A stretch of 64,000 nt of DNA from an uncultured delta proteobacterium. GTDB taxonomy: Bacteria; Desulfobacterota; Desulfuromonadia; Geobacterales; DSM-12255. The translations under genes were made by a program, and so were the position numbers. This document shows positions 47,936 to 57,558 of the stretch, piece by piece (positions within the stretch are counted from its first letter, which is position 1; the number at the start of each line of letters is the position of its first letter). Below the pieces are notes generated by a model. That model was not told the origin of the DNA. It ran no database searches and saw only the letters and a program-made list of their open reading frames with translations. Location of the stretch: the NCBI GenBank assembly GCA_963787125.1, contig CAWBBV010000002.1:64001-128000 (forward strand), in the 5' to 3' direction.

Positions 47936-48523
47936 ATGTCGTTCATAAATTACGCTTCCAGAGAAATCAACTGCAAGATCGTCTATTACGGTCCTGGGCT
48001 TTGCGGCAAAACCACAAATCTGCAGTATGTTTACCAGAAAACCGCGGCAGATGCCAAAGGCAAGATGATCTCCCTTGCGACTGAAACCGAGCGGACACTA
48101 TTTTTTGACTTTTTGCCACTTTCACTCGGTGAGATCAGAGGTTTTAAAACTCGTTTTCACCTCTATACTGTTCCTGGTCAGGTTTTTTATGATGCGTCGA
48201 GAAAACTGATTCTTAAAGGGGTTGACGGTGTGGTCTTCGTCGCCGACTCTCAGGAAGAGCGTTATGACGCGAATATAGAGTCACTGGACAACCTCCGCTT
48301 CAATCTTGACGAACAGGGATACGATCTGGACAAACTCCCGTTCATCATCCAGTACAACAAACGTGACCTCCCGAACGTTATGCCGGTGGATGAGCTCAGA
48401 AAAGATCTGAACCCTACCGGAGTTCCTGACTTTGAAGCCTGCGCAGCAACCGGAGAAGGTGTATTTGAGACGCTCAAGGCTGTTGCCAAGATGATTCTCT
48501 TTGACCTTAAAAAAGGGACGTAA
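47936..48523 (+). CDS. mglA: Small GTPase MglA
   Basis: [35 protein letters not shown]. Confidence 0.95.
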   Translation: MSFINYASREINCKIVYYGPGLCGKTTNLQYVYQKTAADAKGKMISLATETERTLFFDFLPLSLGEIRGFKTRFHLYTVPGQVFYDASRKLILKGVDGVVFVADSQEERYDANIESLDNLRFNLDEQGYDLDKLPFIIQYNKRDLPNVMPVDELRKDLNPTGVPDFEACAATGEGVFETLKAVAKMILFDLKKGT

Positions 48524-48551
48524 GGCGAAACAGCTTCACATACAGAACGGT

Positions 48552-48585
48552 AAAGGGGTTGCGACTGACAGTCGCAACCCCTTTT
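48552..48585. terminator. Bidirectional terminator
   Basis: AAAGGGGTTGCGACTG / CAGTCGCAACCCCTTT hairpin between convergent genes. Confidence 0.8.
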
Positions 48586-48590
48586 CATTG

Positions 48591-49496
48591 TTAAACGTCA
48601 GGATGCGCCTGAATCGGACCGCTGCGTTCCCGCAGCTGATGGATCAGAAGTGGCAGCAGCACCGCAGCGAATATTAACAGGCAGCCCCACCATTCGGTCG
48701 GGCTGAGCCGTTCCCCCAGTATGATATATCCGCCGAGCATACTCCAGACAGGATCAAGGGTATATACCAGACCAGCATGAGTCGGCGTGGTATGCCTTTG
48801 CCAGATGTTTTGCAGAGTGAAACAGATCACAGTCGGAAAAATCGCACAATAAGCAAGTGACCCGGCGGAGAGCGCACCGATTTTGAATGGCGGCGACGGA
48901 AAAACAAGCGTCAAGATCCAACCGACTGTAGCAACTACAGTAAATTGGACGAGAGACACCAGATAGACATCTTCACTGCGGAGGACTTTCGTCACCGTAA
49001 TAATGTGAATGGCTATAAAAAACGCACAGAGTGTCGAGAGCAGATCCCCGCGACTGAAACCTGTAGTCCCACCGCTGGCAAGTTGCCAGATACCGGCCAG
49101 AGCCAGGAGAATGCCGAGCAGGCTCCACTTGTCCAGACGATCCCGCCAGAAAATGAAGCAAAGAATGGGGATGATAAGGACAAAGAGATTATTGAGAAAC
49201 CCGGCACGGGTAGCTGATGTTCCGGCCAGTCCAATGACGAATGAAACATTGGTGGCGGCAAGAGCCAAGCCTACTGCACTTCCACGGGCAATGACAAGCC
49301 GGTTGAGCTGCCTTACCCGGGGCAAGCAGAAGCAGAGCATAATAAGCGTGGCAAGAGAAAAGCGGAGGGCAAGGAAGGTTACCGGCGGAATCTCCCGGAA
49401 CGCTAGTTTATTGAAGACGAAACTACCCCCCCAGAAAAATGTGGTCAGGATCAGATAAAAGTGAACTTTCAACTGGGAGGGAGGAGTAAGAGTCAT
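48591..49496 (-). CDS. DMT/EamA-family transporter
   Basis: About 10 TM helices; WGGSF, LRF, LDPVWS and ILGERL motifs. Confidence 0.88.
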   Translation of the reverse strand: MTLTPPSQLKVHFYLILTTFFWGGSFVFNKLAFREIPPVTFLALRFSLATLIMLCFCLPRVRQLNRLVIARGSAVGLALAATNVSFVIGLAGTSATRAGFLNNLFVLIIPILCFIFWRDRLDKWSLLGILLALAGIWQLASGGTTGFSRGDLLSTLCAFFIAIHIITVTKVLRSEDVYLVSLVQFTVVATVGWILTLVFPSPPFKIGALSAGSLAYCAIFPTVICFTLQNIWQRHTTPTHAGLVYTLDPVWSMLGGYIILGERLSPTEWWGCLLIFAAVLLPLLIHQLRERSGPIQAHPDV

Positions 49497-49515
49497 TCTT
49501 CTCTTTTAGCGCAGG

Positions 49516-50181
49516 CTAGAGCACCGGCTCTTTAGCCTTTGATTTTAAATCCTTGATGGTGGCAGCATAATCAGAGCTGCCAAAGACCGCGCTGCCCGCG
49601 ACAAAAACATCGGCGCCGGCATGGGCAATCCGCCCGATATTCTCGATTTTCACTCCGCCGTCGACCTCTAGCTCAGTCTCAAGCCCGCGCTTATCCAGCA
49701 TCGCCCGCAAAGACTTTATTTTAGGGAGACACTCCTCGATGAATGATTGTCCGCCAAACCCGGGATTAACCGTCATCAGCAGCACCAGATCAAGATCGGC
49801 AAGCACATAATCAAGACAATTAAGCGGAGTGGCAGGATTAAGAGAAACGCCTGCCCTCTTCCCAAGACTTTTAATCAGTTGGATGCTTCTATGCAGATGC
49901 GTCGAAGCTTCGGCATGAACGACGATTATATCGGCGCCGGCAGCAGCAAAATCCTGGATATACCTGTCTGGATTTTCAATCATCAAATGAACATCAAGGG
50001 GGAGCGAGGTGATCTTCCTGACTGCAGCTACTACAAGCGGACCGATGGTGATATTTGGCACAAAGTGCCCATCCATCACATCAATATGGACATAATCTGC
50101 ACCCGCGGCCTCGATTGCCCTTATCTCGTCACCGAGACGGCAGAAATCAGCAGAAAGTATGGAAGGGGCTATTTTCTTCAT
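49516..50181 (-). CDS. rpe: Ribulose-phosphate 3-epimerase
   Basis: IAPSILSADF, HIDVMDGHFVPN, MTVNPGFGGQ, VDGG. Confidence 0.96.
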   Translation of the reverse strand: MKKIAPSILSADFCRLGDEIRAIEAAGADYVHIDVMDGHFVPNITIGPLVVAAVRKITSLPLDVHLMIENPDRYIQDFAAAGADIIVVHAEASTHLHRSIQLIKSLGKRAGVSLNPATPLNCLDYVLADLDLVLLMTVNPGFGGQSFIEECLPKIKSLRAMLDKRGLETELEVDGGVKIENIGRIAHAGADVFVAGSAVFGSSDYAATIKDLKSKAKEPVL

Positions 50182-50197
50182 CGTCTTACTCCTCAAT

Positions 50198-51544
50198 TTA
50201 TTTACAGTTCCTGAGTCTGGCCGCAAAAAAACCGTCCATGCCGTCCCTGTGAGGCCAGCTGCGGAAAAAACCCTGGTCACTCTGCATTGTCTGCATTTGT
50301 GGCAGCACACTACTGACCGGTTCTATCACAAATTCAGGGTGGCTGGTGAGAAAATAGTCCACTACCTGCTCATTCTCCTCAAGGGAGGTGGAACAGGTTG
50401 AATATACCATGATTCCTCCAGGCTTCAGCCTGTCAGCAGCGTTACAGAGGATGGCAAGCTGGGTAATCGCCAGTCTGGCCGGATCATCCGGCTGCTTCCA
50501 CCACTTCCCTTCAGGGTTTCGGTGGATTACCCCCAACCCTGAACAGGGCGCATCAACAAGGATACGGTCAAAAAGCCTGGCTTGAAGTTTCTCAAGCGGC
50601 TTGGTCGCATCCAGAAGAGTCGGCGTGATACTCCTGATTCCGAGACGGGTTTCAGACTCCCTGATGCTGGCAAGCTTACGCGGGTTCCTGTCACAGGCAA
50701 CCAGGGTGCAGTTATCGCCGGTCAACTCTGCCAGATAGGTTGCCTTGCCGCCAGGAGCAGCGCAGAGATCAAGAATGACATCACCCGGCTTTGGAGAGAG
50801 CAGCAGTGCCGCCAACTGGGAAGCCTCATCCTGAACAGCAAACAGCCCGTCATTGAACGATTTTAGGCTCTGGAGTGAAACCGAAGAGGTAATGATAAGC
50901 GCGTCCGGCGCACAGCCGGCAGGCACGGCTGTTACCCCTTCTGCCTGCAAACAGCCTATCAGCGCCGCCCGGTCGGTTTTCAACCGGTTCACTCGAATGG
51001 TAAAAGGTGGCGCCGTAGACATTACTGCAGCCAGCGACGCTGCCGCGACAAAACCGAGCTGTTCAAGCCACTGCCCTACTATCCAGCTGGGGTGGGAATG
51101 CCTTGCGGCAAGCGCGGCAACCGGGTCCTTATCCGGATCAGGGTAACTGACAGTGTTACGACCTCTATCGGCACTCCTGAGCACGGCATTGATGAACCCT
51201 GAAGCTCTTGGAGCGTACTGTTTTGCCAGGTTTACCGTCTCGTTTACCGCCGCGGAAACCGGAATCCGGTCGAGAAAAAACATTTGATACAGTCCCAGCC
51301 GTAAAAGCAGCACAACAATCCGCTCCAATCTGGACGGAGGGCTTTTTGAAAACTGGCCGATGATATGATCAAGTGTCCCCTGACGCCTGAGAACTCCATA
51401 AACAAGCTCGGTATAAAGACCCCGATCAGGTCCGGTCAAGCCACCTTCTTTAAGTTCCTGATCAATAAGTATATCGGCGTAAGAGCGCTCCTTTTCAATA
51501 CGGAGAAGCGTCAGAAAAGCAGCATTGCGTGGAGAAGAGGTCAT
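50198..51544 (-). CDS. rsmB: 16S rRNA m5C967 methyltransferase
   Basis: NusB-like N-terminus, VQDEASQ, DLCAAPGGK, DAPCSG, YSTCS. Confidence 0.94.
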   Translation of the reverse strand: MTSSPRNAAFLTLLRIEKERSYADILIDQELKEGGLTGPDRGLYTELVYGVLRRQGTLDHIIGQFSKSPPSRLERIVVLLLRLGLYQMFFLDRIPVSAAVNETVNLAKQYAPRASGFINAVLRSADRGRNTVSYPDPDKDPVAALAARHSHPSWIVGQWLEQLGFVAAASLAAVMSTAPPFTIRVNRLKTDRAALIGCLQAEGVTAVPAGCAPDALIITSSVSLQSLKSFNDGLFAVQDEASQLAALLLSPKPGDVILDLCAAPGGKATYLAELTGDNCTLVACDRNPRKLASIRESETRLGIRSITPTLLDATKPLEKLQARLFDRILVDAPCSGLGVIHRNPEGKWWKQPDDPARLAITQLAILCNAADRLKPGGIMVYSTCSTSLEENEQVVDYFLTSHPEFVIEPVSSVLPQMQTMQSDQGFFRSWPHRDGMDGFFAARLRNCK

Positions 51545-51779
51545 TTTGTCACCTTGTGATTTTATACCGGCTGTTTCTTTGTACCACGGAATGAGCTAAA
51601 ATATAACTGTTTGCGGCAACGCATGAATATAACCTTTATAGTAAAATTGTGCAGCATTCAGCCGAAGATTTGTTATAAGTGAAGAGTATTTCAGTTTTTC
51701 AGGGTTTGACAATTGCTTGTTAGCCACAAAAACGCTGCTCTCACTACCTAATAATTTGTTATGCCGGGGGATAAATCGA

Positions 51780-53054
51780 GTGCCTGTAACTGTTTTTGAT
51801 GCCATCAGAGGCAATGTAAGCTCGTTCCTCGGGGGAGCAGAGGTTGACCTAAGCCCAGCAACGACCTATTCCGCTTCGAGTGAAGCCGGCATTCGTGAAG
51901 TTGTCTCGCTTGAAAGTCATGATTATATTTTTACCGCAGAACGCTCTTCGCTTGCCTTTACCATTGCCGAAAAAGCTTTTTGTCATGAGCTCCTGACCGC
52001 TTTCGCCGGACTTTACAGCGGCTTTAATCTGGAAGGATATGCCGCACATTTCCGGACAGCTCTGCTTGCTTCCATTATGGACATCACTGTTGCCCGGTCT
52101 CTGCGCGGGGATCACAATAAAGGGTTCTGGCCGATTCAGCAACTGATTCAACTCTTGAAAGATCTCTCGTATCAGCGTTATGAAGGGAAGCCCGCCACAA
52201 CCGGTTTCATAGTCCATAGAACCACGATGGCTAATCTCCGGATTGCCCTGAAAGGTCGCGGTCATGTAATCGTTCCCCTTTCGCCCCCGCAGACAGTATC
52301 GCCAACTTTTTTCAATAATCCTCTCACGTACCGACTGGTTGACGGCACAAACCAGTTTTTCCTCGTCAACATTCAAATGCAGGTCATGGGTGCTGTCGGT
52401 ATAGGTGACCATATAGGACAGAATAATGTTGAGCGCTTAACGCAACGGGAACTCTTCTCCATAGTCAGCAGAAGTGGCAAAGGCGCATTCGCAATTGCGG
52501 TCAACGAAGCATCGGAGATCGAAGTATTAACCACCCCGGCAAAGATTCTGGTGCGACGAAAAGGTGGCTGGCGCATCTTCGATCCGGATATTTTTCGCGC
52601 TTTTTTAGGCGGCAGTCTGGACATATCAACAGCAGATGACCTGCTCTGGACAGCGTATGCCCTCTCCAAAAGCCGGCACGGAACAGTTATTCTCATCTAT
52701 GGCGACATTGCCAGGAGGCTTTCAACCTTAAAGAAAGGTTCCGTAGGTGGTGATGATCCCGTCTGTCGAACCCTCATAGACAGAGCAAAGGGGAGCAAAC
52801 TGGCTGACCTCAAGAAAAGCGGCACACTCTTCAGGATTCTATCCTCCGACGGACTGACCGTTTTTAACCGCAACGGCAGGCTTCTTGAGACCGGTTTCAT
52901 CATTGACACATCCCATGTCCGGGAAATTGTCACTGGTGGCGGGCGTACAACCGCTGCCAGTGCGGCGTCATTTTTCGGCAAGGTGATCAAGGTTTCCCAG
53001 GATGGTCACATCGAATTGTATGAGGAAGGGCGGATGATCTACCGCTTTGGCTAA
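51780..53054 (+). CDS. Hypothetical protein with divergent DisA_N/DAC-like C-terminal domain
   Basis: Long ORF; C-terminal HGTVILI, SDGLTVF, GGGRTTAA and KVSQDG resemble DAC-fold motifs. Start uncertain. Confidence 0.55.
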   Translation: MPVTVFDAIRGNVSSFLGGAEVDLSPATTYSASSEAGIREVVSLESHDYIFTAERSSLAFTIAEKAFCHELLTAFAGLYSGFNLEGYAAHFRTALLASIMDITVARSLRGDHNKGFWPIQQLIQLLKDLSYQRYEGKPATTGFIVHRTTMANLRIALKGRGHVIVPLSPPQTVSPTFFNNPLTYRLVDGTNQFFLVNIQMQVMGAVGIGDHIGQNNVERLTQRELFSIVSRSGKGAFAIAVNEASEIEVLTTPAKILVRRKGGWRIFDPDIFRAFLGGSLDISTADDLLWTAYALSKSRHGTVILIYGDIARRLSTLKKGSVGGDDPVCRTLIDRAKGSKLADLKKSGTLFRILSSDGLTVFNRNGRLLETGFIIDTSHVREIVTGGGRTTAASAASFFGKVIKVSQDGHIELYEEGRMIYRFG

Positions 53055-53120
53055 AACAAGCTATAATTAAACCTTGCAATCATTACGTCAGCCGTCTGAT
53101 TCACCGCCAGAGGAGATCTC

Positions 53121-53663
53121 ATGGAAAATTGCGCAAGCAGCAACACGGAAAAAAGGGGCGCCCCACGGGTGCAGAAACTCTTCATGACCAGCTACCTGCC
53201 GAAGGACGACGGACCATCACGTACCCCTGTTTCGCTTGGTCGCACCGTCGATATCAGCCCGTTTGGCGTCGGGATGGAGATTTATAAGGAATTATCGGTG
53301 GGAACCGCCATGGAAATGGTTATAGACCTTGAAGCACCGCCGGTTTTAGCTTTGGGTAAAATCGTCCGGGTGGATCTCATGGATAACGGCAACTACCTGA
53401 TCGGCATCAAATTCGATGCTGAGCAGGAGCTTTTGCAGGCAAGAATAGCATTGGCCGAGATATCAGCTCTCCACCAGCAACGGGATGAACTGGAAAAAGT
53501 CCTGAGGGCACTGGTGAATACCGGCTGGCCATGGGGTGAAGATGGCGAACCCAACGAAATTTCGCGCAGTTGCAAAGATGGCTTTACCACCGCTATGCTC
53601 ACGGCCAAGGAGCTTCTCGACCGACTGCAACAAAGCACTACCACCCAGACATTCACATTATGA
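53121..53663 (+). CDS. PilZ-domain protein
   Basis: EKRGAPR (RxxxR), DISPFG (DxSxxG), GIKF. Confidence 0.78.
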   Translation: MENCASSNTEKRGAPRVQKLFMTSYLPKDDGPSRTPVSLGRTVDISPFGVGMEIYKELSVGTAMEMVIDLEAPPVLALGKIVRVDLMDNGNYLIGIKFDAEQELLQARIALAEISALHQQRDELEKVLRALVNTGWPWGEDGEPNEISRSCKDGFTTAMLTAKELLDRLQQSTTTQTFTL

Positions 53664-54883
53664 TAAATTCTCTCTCACTCGGCTACCGTCGCTACGCACT
53701 CGGACTGTTTCTAACAATCAACATGCTGAACTACATCGATCGCCAGGTTCTTTATGCGGTTTTTCCGCTCATCAAAGAATCCCTGCAGATCTCTGATACT
53801 TCGCTGGGGCTTTTGGGTAGCGCCTTCATGGTAGTCTACATGTGTGCCGCCCCCATATTCGGCTGGCTTGGCGATAAGGGGGGCAGAGTGCGCCTCGCGG
53901 CCAGCGGTCTGGGAATATGGAGCCTGGCAACAGTACTTGCTGGCATGGCCTCCGGCTATAATCAGCTTCTTGGAGCCCGTTCACTTGTTGGAGTCGGCGA
54001 AGCGAGTTTCGGCACAGTTGCACCCGGGATGATCTCTGACTATTTTCCGCAGGAAAAAAGGGGCAGGGTCCTCTCCTGGTTCTACCTGGCTATCCCTTTA
54101 GGCAGCGCGCTCGGTTATCTGCTTGGCGGAGTCATCGGTGCCCGTTTCGGTTGGCAGACGGCGTTCCTTATGGTCGGAGCACCGGGACTTCTATTGGTAC
54201 TGCCGCTGGCATTCCTCAAAACGGTTGAGTTTAAAAAAGAGGTGAGATCGGGCGGCAGCAGTTATACGACCCTGTTTAAAAATCGCTCCTTTATGCTTAA
54301 CACCCTGGCGATGACGGCTATGACCTTTGCAATGGGCGGGATGGCCCAGTGGCTGCCGACATTTCTTAACCGAATTCACGGCTTGAGCGTAGAACGCGCC
54401 AACCTGCTATTCGGCGGACTGACGGTTGTTGCCGGGATTATCGGCACACTGGTCGGCGGCTGGCTCGGAGATTATTACCAAAAAAAGCGGCCCGACGGTT
54501 ATCTGCTGGTTTCAGGCTGGGGTTTCATCTTCGGGATACCGGCACTGATTCTGGCGCTGACAGCCACCAATCTCACCCTCACTCTTGCCGGGATATTTCT
54601 GGCAGAGTTCTGCCTCTTTCTGAACACCGGCCCCTTGAATACCGTGATTGTCAATGTAACCCGACACGACATGCGGGCAATGGCCTTTGCCGCAAATATT
54701 TTTGTTATTCATGCCTTGGGAGATGCTATCTCTCCGGCATTCATAGGTTTTCTCTCTGACCATTTTGGACTGGGCAAAGCACTGCTTTCAACAGTCGCAG
54801 CCATACTGATTGCGGCGCTGTTCTGTTTTCTCTGTGGAAAAAATATCGCCAAAGATCTCATCATTGACGACCCTGCCAGATAA
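53660..54883 (+). CDS. MFS transporter (spinster-like)
   Basis: NYIDRQ, GVGEASF, ISDYFP and HALGDAISP motifs; about 12 TMs. Confidence 0.9.
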   Translation: MINSLSLGYRRYALGLFLTINMLNYIDRQVLYAVFPLIKESLQISDTSLGLLGSAFMVVYMCAAPIFGWLGDKGGRVRLAASGLGIWSLATVLAGMASGYNQLLGARSLVGVGEASFGTVAPGMISDYFPQEKRGRVLSWFYLAIPLGSALGYLLGGVIGARFGWQTAFLMVGAPGLLLVLPLAFLKTVEFKKEVRSGGSSYTTLFKNRSFMLNTLAMTAMTFAMGGMAQWLPTFLNRIHGLSVERANLLFGGLTVVAGIIGTLVGGWLGDYYQKKRPDGYLLVSGWGFIFGIPALILALTATNLTLTLAGIFLAEFCLFLNTGPLNTVIVNVTRHDMRAMAFAANIFVIHALGDAISPAFIGFLSDHFGLGKALLSTVAAILIAALFCFLCGKNIAKDLIIDDPAR

Positions 54884-54929
54884 ATTTCTTTACAAGACAT
54901 ATATAATTGCAGTATATTTCCTTTTTCCT

Positions 54930-55020
54930 GGAGAGATGTCCGAGCGGTTGAAGGAGCACGCCTGGAAAGCGTGTGTACGTTAATAGCGTACCGAGGGTTC
55001 GAATCCCTCTCTCTCCGCCA
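54930..55020 (+). tRNA. tRNA-Ser (GGA)
   Basis: GGAGAGA/TCTCTCC acceptor stem, CACGC-CTGGAAA-GCGTG anticodon arm, long variable arm, GTTCGAATC, 3' GCCA. Confidence 0.96.
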
Positions 55021-55129
55021 TTTAGCAATCTGGCGAAGTCCGATACAGTCCGAAAGCCTCTGATAAATCAGGGGCTTTTGCTGTTTTTGCGTCCAGGCAC
55101 ATCCAGCCCCGTCTTTTGACATCCGGTGT

Positions 55130-55185
55130 TTTTTATGGTACTTTTTTATCCATAATACCATAAAAATTTTCGGATACCATAAAAA
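55130..55185. repeat. Putative integrase arm-binding sites
   Basis: ATACCATAAAAA twice (55155, 55174) plus inverted TTTTTATGGTA (55130), between the tRNA and the integrase start. Confidence 0.55.
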
Positions 55186-55196
55186 CGAGGTGACTT

Positions 55197-56459
55197 ATGC
55201 CGAAACGAGTAGTTCCGCTGACTGACGTGCAGGTAAAGAACGCAAAACCCAGAGACAAAGACTACAAGCTGGCTGATGGGTATGGCCTGGTGCTTCTCGT
55301 AAAGAAGACAGGCGGGAAGCTTTGGCACTTCAACTATACCTTCGACGGCAAGCAACTGCTGCTCTCCCTTGGCACCTACCCTGAAATCTCTCTCGCAGAA
55401 GCCCGCCAGCGCCGTGAGGATGCTCGAAAACTGCTTGCCCACGGAATAAGCCCGGGCGATGTCCGCAAAGCCGAAAAACAATCACAGACCCAGCAAACGG
55501 AAACTTTCGAGGCAATTGCCCTGGAGTGGTACAACCGCCAGGTGCCGGTCTGGGCAGCAACCCACGCCGCTACGGTCATCAGCCGCCTAAAGCGCGACGT
55601 ATTTCCTCATGTGGGAGCACGAGCAATTTCAGAACTCAAAGCGACCGACATGCTGCAGGTATTTCGTAAGATCGAAGCGCGTGAAAAGATTGAAACGGCC
55701 CACCGGGTCAAATCTATCTGCGGGCAGGTTTTGCGGTATGCCGTCGCTACCGGACGGGCTGAGCGCGATTGCACTGCAGACTTGAGAGGCACGCTGACAC
55801 CGGTCATCCCCAAACACCACGCAGCCCTCACCGATCCCAAAGAAGTTGGCCCTTTTTTGCGGGCCATTGATGATTACGATGGCTCGTTCACAGTCAAGTG
55901 CGCCATGCGACTGTCTGCGCTTGTTTTTCTTCGACCCGGTGAATTACGCTTGGCAGAATGGACCGAGTTCGACCTGGACGCAGGTGAATGGAACGTACCT
56001 ATCGAGCGAATGAAGCTCAAGAAGCGTCTGAAAGAATCGCGCAAAGGTGAAAAGCATCTTGTTCCGCTGGCACAGCAGGCAGTTGAAATTCTGAAGACGC
56101 TGAAACCGGTAACTGGTGGAGGGAAATATCTCTTTCCGAGCATGACCACCAACCTGAAGCCGATCAGCGACAATACGATCAATCAGGCCATTCGGCGCAT
56201 GGGCTATGACAAGGACGAAATGACCGCCCACGGCTTCAGAGCCATGGCCAGAACAATCCTAGAGGAAGTCTTGCACATTCAACCTGAGATTATCGAACAC
56301 CAACTGGCCCATGTCGTCAGAGATTCGCTCGGCCGCGCCTACAATCGAACGACTCATCTGGCGGCACGGAAAAAGATGATGCAGACGTGGGCTGACTATC
56401 TCGATAATTTGAAAACTGGTGCAATAGTCATACAACTATCTGACCGGGCGGCCAAATAA
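55197..56459 (+). CDS. P4-family tyrosine integrase
   Basis: Arm-binding N-terminus (YKLADGYGL, LGTYPEISLAEAR); catalytic R (LRPGE), HGFR, HQLAH and AYNR. Confidence 0.95.
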   Translation: MPKRVVPLTDVQVKNAKPRDKDYKLADGYGLVLLVKKTGGKLWHFNYTFDGKQLLLSLGTYPEISLAEARQRREDARKLLAHGISPGDVRKAEKQSQTQQTETFEAIALEWYNRQVPVWAATHAATVISRLKRDVFPHVGARAISELKATDMLQVFRKIEAREKIETAHRVKSICGQVLRYAVATGRAERDCTADLRGTLTPVIPKHHAALTDPKEVGPFLRAIDDYDGSFTVKCAMRLSALVFLRPGELRLAEWTEFDLDAGEWNVPIERMKLKKRLKESRKGEKHLVPLAQQAVEILKTLKPVTGGGKYLFPSMTTNLKPISDNTINQAIRRMGYDKDEMTAHGFRAMARTILEEVLHIQPEIIEHQLAHVVRDSLGRAYNRTTHLAARKKMMQTWADYLDNLKTGAIVIQLSDRAAK

Positions 56460-56585
56460 TGACTTCACGATGTTGATGACATATTGTCAGTATGTTGCAG
56501 CAGGTTTCTGCATGTAACATACTGATATATAAAGACAAATTATCTATTTTGTTCTTGACGTTGCCGTCTGAAATAGTATTATACC

Positions 56586-57277
56586 GTCTCACATAGGTTG
56601 ATTCCGCTCGACATGGCGGGGTCAAAGGCCACCACATGAGACTTGGCGACATTTGTCGCCTACATTCAGTCCTGATTGCTCTGCCCAGCGTTCAGGACGG
56701 TGACAACTACAAAACTTTGGCCGATGCTTCGGGCATATGAGCATCAGGTCAAACTAACCGGCGAATCAACATTGCCCAGTTGAACCGGGGGAACAGAGTA
56801 TCGTAACTGAATGCGGGCACCGCAAGGGCATTCAGTCACTCCTCCAAGCCACCATGCCAATGGCCGAGGATATGACGCGATAGTCACCTGTCTACATGGA
56901 GGCAGGCAAAACGCCGTCCGCCTTATAGTGACTTACCGGCGGGCACTTAGTCTCTCAGGGTACGGCCTTCGCGTTGCATTTGTTTCTGCAGGTATCTAAT
57001 GGTACGTCTTGCAGTCATCGTTGCAGCGAGAAGGAGTAGTTTATCCTGATTGAGACAAAAATCTCTTCATAACGTTTTTGTGGATAGGCCATCACCTGCA
57101 AAGGTAATGGCCTTTATGCTGAAACGTCACCATCGGCGGCACGTATCATCCTGCCGCACACGCCTTAGACCCTAGCAATATTTCCTTAACTGCCTCGCCC
57201 TGTCGAACACCAGTCAGGCGTCGGTCTGCCAACCGAACGTCCGGCGCAGGATCTCCAATCAATAAACACGGAGGCAG
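56586..57277 (+). ncRNA. Candidate large structured RNA / hairpin array
   Basis: No credible ORF; more than 12 consecutive stem-loops with G-U pairs on the + strand, preceded by a TTGACG-N17-like promoter. Confidence 0.45.
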
Positions 57278-57282
57278 AACAT

Positions 57283-57546
57283 ATGGGAATCATCACCCCC
57301 ACCTTGCCGGAAACCGGCTTTGTCCGGCTACCCAACATCATCGGCGACGCCAAGGCCGATCCACCCATTCCCCCGATCATACCGGTATCGAAGAGCACCT
57401 GGTGGGCCGAGGTGAAATCCGGACGCTACCCTCAATCGGTAAAATTAGGCCCCCGAATTACAGCCTGGCGTGTAGAAAGTATCCGGGAACTCATCCGAGA
57501 AAGCCCGATGTTCCGAAACGGCCAGACAATGGTCAACATTGAATGA
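57283..57546 (+). CDS. AlpA-family regulator / excisionase
   Basis: GFVRLPNII..VSKSTWWAEVKSGRYPQSVKLGPRITAWR. Confidence 0.88.
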   Translation: MGIITPTLPETGFVRLPNIIGDAKADPPIPPIIPVSKSTWWAEVKSGRYPQSVKLGPRITAWRVESIRELIRESPMFRNGQTMVNIE

Positions 57547-57558
57547 CAAGGAGCACCG

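Noticed and set aside
56586..57277. CRISPR array interpretation of the hairpin region
   Set aside because: The hairpins share no repeated sequence or regular period, and there are no cas genes in the window.
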